From assembly GCF_050920415.1 (NCBI RefSeq), contig NZ_CP169309.1: a stretch of DNA of 64,000 nt, one strand, 5' to 3'. Both the position numbers and the translations under genes were made by a program. Within the stretch, counting starts at the first letter, position 1; the number at the start of each line of letters is the position of its first letter. Shown here piece by piece: positions 58,574-64,000 of the stretch. The notes beneath the pieces are model-generated. The model had not been told where the DNA came from and searched no databases. It worked only from the letters and a program-made list of their open reading frames with translations. This stretch comes from Escherichia coli (GTDB taxonomy: Bacteria; Pseudomonadota; Gammaproteobacteria; Enterobacterales; Enterobacteriaceae).

Positions 58574-59271
58574 ACAGTTGCTCCTTTCAGTCCGAACTTC
58601 GCTTTGATTTCTGCGATCTTCGCCAGAGCCTGTGCACGATTTAGAGGTCTACCGCCCATGACAGGAAGTTGTTTTACTGGTTCAGGTATCGCCTCACCAC
58701 GGTTAATTCGCGCGGTCATACAAGTCAGTTCATCGGCAGCCTTGCGCCGTAATTCCGCATCAGTAAGCGCATTGGCCCGCATGTTCTGATACAGGTTGGT
58801 AACCAGCCAGTAGTGCGCGTTTGATTTCCACGGATAAGACTCTGCATCTGGATACAGGCCACGTTTCCGGCAATACTCGTAAACCATATCAACCAGCTCG
58901 CTGGCGTTTGGCAGCCCGGCGGTAACGGATGCTTCTTCCCGGCACCAGGCAACAAACTGCCCGGGTGATGGCAGGAATGGTCGATTCTGCCGACGGGCTA
59001 CGCGCATTCCTGCGTCAACCTGTTCCATCGTGGTGATCCCGTTTTCCCGGAAAGCCAGAACCCACTGGCGGCGGATTTCGTTCAGTTCGTTCTGGTCCCG
59101 GTTAGCCAGGCTCGCCGGGAAAGTTGCCAGTAACTGGCTGAACACACCATTGATGATCTGCGCTACCTGTTGTACCTGCGGCTTTTCGTCGTACTGTTCC
59201 GGCATGTTGTTGGCGATCCGGCGCATCTGCTCACGGTCAAAGTTAACCATCTGTGCGGCGATGTTTTTCAT
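58570..59271 (-). CDS. P: Replication protein P (helicase loader)
   Basis: 233-aa ORF near-identical to lambda P (MKNIAAQMVNFDREQMRRIANNMPEQYDEKPQVQQ...). Confidence 0.96.
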   Translation of the reverse strand: MKNIAAQMVNFDREQMRRIANNMPEQYDEKPQVQQVAQIINGVFSQLLATFPASLANRDQNELNEIRRQWVLAFRENGITTMEQVDAGMRVARRQNRPFLPSPGQFVAWCREEASVTAGLPNASELVDMVYEYCRKRGLYPDAESYPWKSNAHYWLVTNLYQNMRANALTDAELRRKAADELTCMTARINRGEAIPEPVKQLPVMGGRPLNRAQALAKIAEIKAKFGLKGATV

Positions 59272-60197
59272 AAATCCACCCCGTAAATCCAGTCAGTGTT
59301 TGTCAGGTCGAGTTTTGATTTTCCGGCTATCACGCCAGCCTGTTGCTTGTTACGGTTGATTTCGAGTTGGGTCCACTTGTCGCGGAGTTTGGCCGGACTT
59401 AGCACGTTACCGGACCAGAAGTTGTCCTGGCATGCCCAGCGGAACAGCACGCACATGTCGCGGTGGTTACGGCCGTCACGTTCACGCATCAGGCGGATAT
59501 CGTTAGCCCACCCTGCAAAATTCGGTTTTCTGGCTGATGGCGCGATGGTCTTCACCATGTCAAACATCCACTCTGCGGCGGTCAGGTCTTCTGCTGTCCC
59601 CCACCTGCTGCCGCTCTGAATTGCAGCATCTGGTTTCTCCACAGGAAGATCGTTTTCTGGTTGGTCAGAGGATTCGCCAGAATTCTCGGACGAAAAAGGT
59701 TTTATATTGTCTTTTGTTAGTTTGTCTTTTGTGTTTACCTGATTCGGGTAAGTGCCTTTACCTGATTTGGGTAAACTTTTCTTACCTGATTCAGGTAAAT
59801 TTACCTCTTTCAGGTAAACTTTATTTTTCTTACCTGATTCGGGTAATGTTGACCATTCACTGACCACATTATTAATGCCGATATTCCGCCCGCTCTGAAT
59901 AAAAATCCCACGCTTTACCAGAACACTTTTTGCAGCAGAACACTTGTGCGGCAATATCCCGGTCAACTCGGAAAGTTGCTCGTTGCTCACCCAATCCAGT
60001 TTTTTATTAAAGCCATATGTTTTGCGCATGACAGCCAGGAAGACCAGAAGCTGGTGCTGTGTTAATCCGGCCAGCATCACAGCTTCCAGCAACTCATTTG
60101 CAATGCGCGTATAACCATCATCGAGATCTGCCACGCGCGGCTCCTTTTGTGCCGCATCCGGCACTGGAAAATTGAATATCTCAGCAGTGTTTGCCAT
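59268..60197 (-). CDS. O: Replication initiator O (different iteron specificity from lambda)
   Basis: Start chosen at MANTAEIFNF (GGAGG 5 nt upstream); N-terminal domain lambda O-like (VADLDDGY...LRKTYG.NK), C-terminus P-interacting; iterons inside. Confidence 0.9.
   Translation of the reverse strand: MANTAEIFNFPVPDAAQKEPRVADLDDGYTRIANELLEAVMLAGLTQHQLLVFLAVMRKTYGFNKKLDWVSNEQLSELTGILPHKCSAAKSVLVKRGIFIQSGRNIGINNVVSEWSTLPESGKKNKVYLKEVNLPESGKKSLPKSGKGTYPNQVNTKDKLTKDNIKPFSSENSGESSDQPENDLPVEKPDAAIQSGSRWGTAEDLTAAEWMFDMVKTIAPSARKPNFAGWANDIRLMRERDGRNHRDMCVLFRWACQDNFWSGNVLSPAKLRDKWTQLEINRNKQQAGVIAGKSKLDLTNTDWIYGVDL
59736..59846. repeat. Replication origin iterons: 4 copies of TACCTGATTCGGGTAA spaced 23-24 bp, plus one degenerate copy
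   Basis: Copies at 59736, 59759, 59783 and 59831 with a degenerate copy near 59802; each has internal dyad symmetry; AT-rich block follows; inside the O gene as in ori-lambda. Confidence 0.85.
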
Positions 60198-60283
60198 AAT
60201 TCCTCCCGCAATGAGTGTGTTACGATTTGCACCTGAAAGTCGGTTCTGTTCCCGCAGACCGACTTTCGCCATTTCTGAACCTG

Positions 60284-60823
60284 TCATATTGCCCCCAGCA
60301 TGGTGGTCACCATCGCCATTAATGGACCAGCCAGATCCGGGTCCACACGAAACATCGACACAATACCTTCACTCATTTCCTTCAGTTTCTGGTGGCGTGG
60401 TGCGTTGAGAATGACAGCCTGTTTTGCCTCACTGAGTTCCTTTTCCATTTCAGCCAACCGAGTCATGAAGCTATCCTGCTCAACCAGGTAACCGCGATAT
60501 TCCAGCGGTAGTACCGCCAGAATTGCCGGGGTCAGTTCACGCACGTTATTTCGGTATTTTTCAGAATCGAATTTGTTATCGAGGAAGCGGAACAGCTTCT
60601 GGCGTGCACGGCTGACATCATCAGGGAAATCGATGGTGCCGTCGCCCTGCTCCCGATACTCATTCACAATGAGTGCGGCAACGACATCCTGATTATCTAC
60701 AGCCGACCAGGCGCGGACGGCATCACGGATTTTTTCGTGGCCTGGAGCTTGTTTTGTTTGAGAACGATTTATCACCGCAGTCGGAATAAATCCGCTAGTC
60801 TGTTGGTATGTAAGTGGTTGCAT
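60284..60823 (-). CDS. YdaT-like protein in the cII position
   Basis: 179-aa ORF downstream of cro-like gene; segment LTPAILAVLPLEYRGYL resembles the Rac YdaT motif IPAILAILPRELR (recalled from memory). Confidence 0.5.
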   Translation of the reverse strand: MQPLTYQQTSGFIPTAVINRSQTKQAPGHEKIRDAVRAWSAVDNQDVVAALIVNEYREQGDGTIDFPDDVSRARQKLFRFLDNKFDSEKYRNNVRELTPAILAVLPLEYRGYLVEQDSFMTRLAEMEKELSEAKQAVILNAPRHQKLKEMSEGIVSMFRVDPDLAGPLMAMVTTMLGAI

Positions 60824-60892
60824 AATTGACTCCTTTAGTTTGAATTGACTGTTAAGTTGATTGCTTATTGTTAAAGAGCGTGAAATGGAAAT

Positions 60893-61123
60893 TTAAGCTG
60901 CGTTCTTTTCGGTGTGTGGAAACAACTTCGGAAGATCCGGGCGAATCTGGTATGCCTTCACAACTCCACCAGTAGCCGTAACAATGCTGCCGACATGTTC
61001 AGGGGATACCTTTGCTTTGTTGTGAAGCCACTTATAGACGGCCTGCTGTGAAACTTCGCAGGCATCGCCTAGTTTCTTTTGTGAACCAACGATATTGATC
61101 GCTGTTTTGATTGCTGGGTTCAT
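60893..61123 (-). CDS. cro: Cro-like HTH repressor (YdaS-like)
   Basis: 76-aa ORF divergent from the repressor gene; HTH (GSQKKLGDACEVSQQAVYKW). Confidence 0.8.
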   Translation of the reverse strand: MNPAIKTAINIVGSQKKLGDACEVSQQAVYKWLHNKAKVSPEHVGSIVTATGGVVKAYQIRPDLPKLFPHTEKNAA

Positions 61124-61161
61124 AACAACCTCCGTGGTTAATCCGAATCAAGATTAAAACT

Positions 61162-61186
61162 ATGGTTGTTTTTAGTCAACAACCAT
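61162..61186. promoter_or_regulatory. Candidate right operator: inverted repeat ATGGTTGTT-N7-AACAACCAT between cro-like and repressor genes
   Basis: Perfect 9-bp inverted repeat in the 104-bp divergent intergenic region; a further GGTTGT half-site at about 61210. Confidence 0.6.
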
Positions 61187-61227
61187 TTTCGTTTGATGAA
61201 ATAAAACCTTGGTTGTACATTTGATCT

Positions 61228-61917
61228 ATGAAAACAACACTCTCAGAAAGACTTAAAGAAGCCAGATTAGCGCGAGGCCTTACACAAAAGGCGCTTGGGG
61301 ATTTGGTCGGGGTTAGCCAAGCTGCTATTCAGAAAATCGAAACAGGGAAAGCTAACCAAACAACTAAAATCGTGGAGATCGCGAACGCTTTGGGTGTGCG
61401 CGCAGAATGGTTATCTTCTGGCGTTGGAAATATGTCAGACAGTACAGTGCAACCAATACAATCAACTGTCAGCCATTCCAAATACTTCAAAATTGACGTT
61501 CTTGATATAGAAGTCAGTGCCGGGCCAGGTGTAATCAACCGTGAGTTTGTAGAAGTTCTACGCTCGGTTGAGTACTCGTTTGACGATGCTCGTCACATGT
61601 TCGATGGCAGGAAGGCGGAAAATATCCGCATCATTAACGTGCGAGGTGACAGCATGTCAGGGACGATCGAACCAGGTGACCTGCTGTTCGTTGATATCAC
61701 TGTTAAATCTTTCGACGGTGATGGCATCTATGCGTTTCTGTACGACGACACTGCCCATGTAAAACGTCTTCAAATGATGAAGGATAAGCTGCTGGTTATC
61801 TCTGATAACAAGAGCTACTCGCCGTGGGACCCGATCGAGAAAGACGAGATGAACCGGGTGTTCATATTCGGTAAGGTCATTGGAAGCATGCCGCAGACGT
61901 ACAGGAAGCATGGTTAA
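61228..61917 (+). CDS. cI: Prophage repressor, LexA/CI-like with S24 peptidase domain
   Basis: 229-aa ORF; N-terminal HTH (LTQKALGDLVGVSQAAIQKIETGK), C-terminal autocleavage domain (GDSM Ser, VKR Lys); not lambda immunity. Confidence 0.9.
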   Translation: MKTTLSERLKEARLARGLTQKALGDLVGVSQAAIQKIETGKANQTTKIVEIANALGVRAEWLSSGVGNMSDSTVQPIQSTVSHSKYFKIDVLDIEVSAGPGVINREFVEVLRSVEYSFDDARHMFDGRKAENIRIINVRGDSMSGTIEPGDLLFVDITVKSFDGDGIYAFLYDDTAHVKRLQMMKDKLLVISDNKSYSPWDPIEKDEMNRVFIFGKVIGSMPQTYRKHG

Positions 61918-62146
61918 TTTATCTACGACTTAAGGGAGCGAAGGTTAAGGTTTATACCACTCGGATTAGATATTGCACTAAATTCTCTATAAGAACGCCA
62001 AATCTGTTTGCATATTTCAGTAAATATTCTCGTTGTTAGCTGAGATTTGTTGCTACTGTCAGCAAAATGTCCCCCTATCTCGTAGCGGTTTTTATTTCGA
62101 ATCATTATGTTAAGATGTTTCTGATTATAATGAATGGAAACATAAA

Positions 62147-62527
62147 ATGAGAAAAATCCTAATCGCTGCCATGATGGCATCTGTATTGGCTGGGTGTGCT
62201 TCTTCAGGCAACCAGCAACTCAAAAATGAAACTGAAATTAGTGTCCAGTCTAAACTTCAGGAAGGTAAAACAACCAAGAATGAGGTTAAATCTTACTTTG
62301 GTTCTCCTGATGCTGTTTCATATACTGACAGTGGAAACGAGATCTGGAAGTACGCCTTTGCAAAAGTAAAAGTTAATGGCACCACTTTTATTCCATTCTA
62401 TGGATTATTCCATAATGGAACGAACGGTACGAAAAAAGAACTTACTATTCTTTTTAACGATGACACGATTAAGAAATACACAATGTCAGAAACCCAAATA
62501 AACTCGAAATCAGGTTGGGCTGACTGA
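62147..62527 (+). CDS. Outer-membrane lipoprotein, BamE/SmpA-OmlA-like, in the rex position
   Basis: 126-aa ORF with lipobox (VLAGCASS); KNEVKSYFGSPDAVSYTDSGNEIWKYAF...LTILFNDDTIKKYT resembles the BamE fold family. Confidence 0.6.
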   Translation: MRKILIAAMMASVLAGCASSGNQQLKNETEISVQSKLQEGKTTKNEVKSYFGSPDAVSYTDSGNEIWKYAFAKVKVNGTTFIPFYGLFHNGTNGTKKELTILFNDDTIKKYTMSETQINSKSGWAD

Positions 62528-62534
62528 TAATCAT

Positions 62535-62562
62535 ACCCGGCAACCGCGCCGGGTTTTCTTTT
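62535..62562 (+). terminator. Intrinsic terminator after the repressor-lipoprotein unit
   Basis: Stem CCCGGC / GCCGGG with 6-nt loop followed by TTTTCTTTT, 8 nt after the lipoprotein stop. Confidence 0.65.
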
Positions 62563-62687
62563 CCTCCCCCTCATAACTCATACCGTCCAAAAAACCACCA
62601 CACCTCACTTCAGTTATCGCTATGCGATGCAAGTCACAAAATAAATCCATCCTAAATACAACCAGTTATATTTAAAACAACCGACAA

Positions 62688-62717
62688 AACAACTTTTGTT
62701 GTTGACGATAAAACAAC
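62688..62717. promoter_or_regulatory. Candidate left operator: AACAAC-TTTT-GTTGTT-N8-AACAAC
   Basis: Same GTTGTT/AACAAC half-sites as the right operator, on the other side of the repressor gene. Confidence 0.4.
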
Positions 62718-62923
62718 TATAGTTTTAAATAAATTCATCGCAACGACACAACGATACGGTAACCACCTGTTTCACCGTGGCGATGACCGCTTAGATCCGC
62801 AGTTTGAATTTCAGCAGGCTTCGGGGAGTGCGAGGGGTGAAACGGACGCGTGAACGTCGGTGTGACCAGCTGAAATCAACACAACACTTTATACCTCAGT
62901 CGCTTCAACGAGGCGGCTTAGTT

Positions 62924-63214
62924 ATGACAACCGGCGGCCATCCACCGCCTGAATACGCGCAGAAGTCTCTATATGTTCAGCAGCCCAGCTTACGGGCAGG
63001 AGTTTTTATGGTTCATCAACATTACGGAACGCAGACCGTTAATCGCGGTGCGGTCATGCCAGGAATGCTGGTCAAACACAAAGATGGTACCTGGACTGCA
63101 TCAGCTAATTTACGCGGACGGCTTTATCTGCATCGCGGCATCGAGCGCACTTATACCCGTGATTTGCTCGTGGAAGTTTTTCTCGACGGACGCGGTAACG
63201 GCCTCAATCACTAA
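62924..63214 (+). CDS. Hypothetical early-left-operon protein (97 aa from ATG; frame open upstream to 62804)
   Basis: ATG at 62924 with GAGG upstream; upstream in-frame extension encodes an Arg-rich stretch (RGVKRTRERR) but has only TTG/GTG starts. Confidence 0.3.
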   Translation: MTTGGHPPPEYAQKSLYVQQPSLRAGVFMVHQHYGTQTVNRGAVMPGMLVKHKDGTWTASANLRGRLYLHRGIERTYTRDLLVEVFLDGRGNGLNH

Positions 63215-63289
63215 TCCCCTTTCCTGTTTTCCTAATCAGCCTGGCATTTCGCGGGCGATATTTTCACAGCCATTTTCAGGAGTTCAGCC

Positions 63290-63586
63290 ATGAACGCTTA
63301 TTACATTCAGGATCGTCTTGAGGCTCAGAGCTGGGCGCGTCACTACCAGCAGATCGCCCGTGAAGAGAAAGAGGCAGAACTGGCAGACGACATGGAAAAA
63401 GGCCTGCCCCAGCACCTGTTTGAATCGCTATGCATCGATCATTTGCAACGCCACGGGGCCAGCAAAAAAGCCATTACCCGTGCGTTTGATGACGATGTTG
63501 AGTTTCAGGAGCGCATGGCAGAACACATCCGGTACATGGTTGAAACCATTGCTCACCACCAGGTTGATATTGATTCAGAGGTATAA
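63290..63586 (+). CDS. gam: Gam (RecBCD inhibitor), short form GamS
   Basis: 98-aa ORF matching lambda GamS ([44 protein letters not shown]...). Confidence 0.95.
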   Translation: MNAYYIQDRLEAQSWARHYQQIAREEKEAELADDMEKGLPQHLFESLCIDHLQRHGASKKAITRAFDDDVEFQERMAEHIRYMVETIAHHQVDIDSEV

Positions 63587-63591
63587 AACGG

Positions 63592-64000
63592 ATGAGTACA
63601 GCACTCGCAACGCTGGCAGGGAAGCTGGCTGAACGTGTCGGCATGGATTCTGTCGACCCACAGGAACTGATCACCACTCTTCGCCAGACGGCATTTAAAG
63701 GTGATGCCAGCGATGCGCAGTTCATCGCATTGTTGATCGTCGCCAACCAGTACGGCCTTAATCCGTGGACGAAAGAAATTTACGCCTTCCCTGATAAGCA
63801 GAACGGCATCGTTCCGGTGGTGGGCGTTGATGGCTGGTCCCGCATCATCAATGAAAACCAGCAGTTTGATGGTATGGACTTTGAGCAGGACAATGAATCC
63901 TGCACATGCCGGATTTACCGCAAGGACCGCAATCATCCGATCTGCGTTACCGAGTGGATGGATGAATGCCGCCGCGAACCATTCAAAACCCGCGAAGGCA
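63592..64000 (+). CDS. bet: Bet (Red-beta single-strand annealing protein), 5' partial, runs off window
   Basis: Hand-translated MSTALATLAGKLAERVGMDSVDPQELITTLRQTAFKGDASDAQFIALLIVANQYGLNPWTKEIYAFPDKQNG... matches lambda Bet; not in ORF track because no stop lies within the window. Confidence 0.95.
   Translation, partial: MSTALATLAGKLAERVGMDSVDPQELITTLRQTAFKGDASDAQFIALLIVANQYGLNPWTKEIYAFPDKQNGIVPVVGVDGWSRIINENQQFDGMDFEQDNESCTCRIYRKDRNHPICVTEWMDECRREPFKTREG

Noticed and set aside
59736-59846. CRISPR array (regularly spaced short repeats)
   Set aside because: Repeats are 16 bp with 7-8 bp spacers, lie inside the O coding sequence and match the iteron architecture of lambdoid origins; no cas genes in the window.
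62804-63214. 136-aa ORF called as an N antiterminator
   Set aside because: The frame opens with TTG and the Arg-rich segment has no ATG; the remainder does not resemble N proteins. Kept only as a low-confidence hypothetical from the ATG at 62924.

Overview
Enterobacterial (E. coli-like) chromosome segment in two parts. Positions 1-17.9 kb are core chromosome: the copper/silver efflux locus cusCFBA (minus strand) with divergent cusRS and a perfect CusR-box palindrome; a 2.3-kb AT-rich islet of small ORFs, one with SUKH/SMI1-KNR4-like immunity-protein motifs; then nfrB-nfrA-ybcH and envY. At 17905-17949 a 45-nt 3' fragment of tRNA-Arg (argU) marks the edge of a lambdoid prophage that runs to the window end (int/xis side lies beyond 64000). 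The prophage is a mosaic: cargo near the att fragment (ompT, a secreted alpha/beta hydrolase, a tfa remnant, a SAM methyltransferase, a serine recombinase); an essentially lambda-type tail and head module (stf/tfa, lom, J-I-K-L-M-H-T-G-V-U-Z-FII-FI-E-D-C-B-W-A-Nu1, cos); lambda-like bor; a phage-21-type lysis cassette (pinholin, SAR endolysin, Rz/Rz1); an nmpC porin between Q and the lysis genes; DLP12-like nin genes (ylcG, rusA, ybcO, ninE, ybcN); ren-P-O with origin iterons; a non-lambda immunity region (LexA-like repressor, cro-like, YdaT-like); and lambda gam/bet. The strongest candidate for an undescribed system is an AT-rich, opposite-strand gene at the ren/nin junction (56520-58022) encoding a membrane-anchored coiled-coil protein with a C-terminal T5orf172 (GIY-YIG-like) domain, next to a Bro-N antirepressor module flanked by 88-bp direct repeats. 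Single-base frameshifts in tail genes V and G/T, and upstream of gam, are visible against the lambda protein sequences. All homology calls are from reading the translations against remembered protein sequences; no database search was run.
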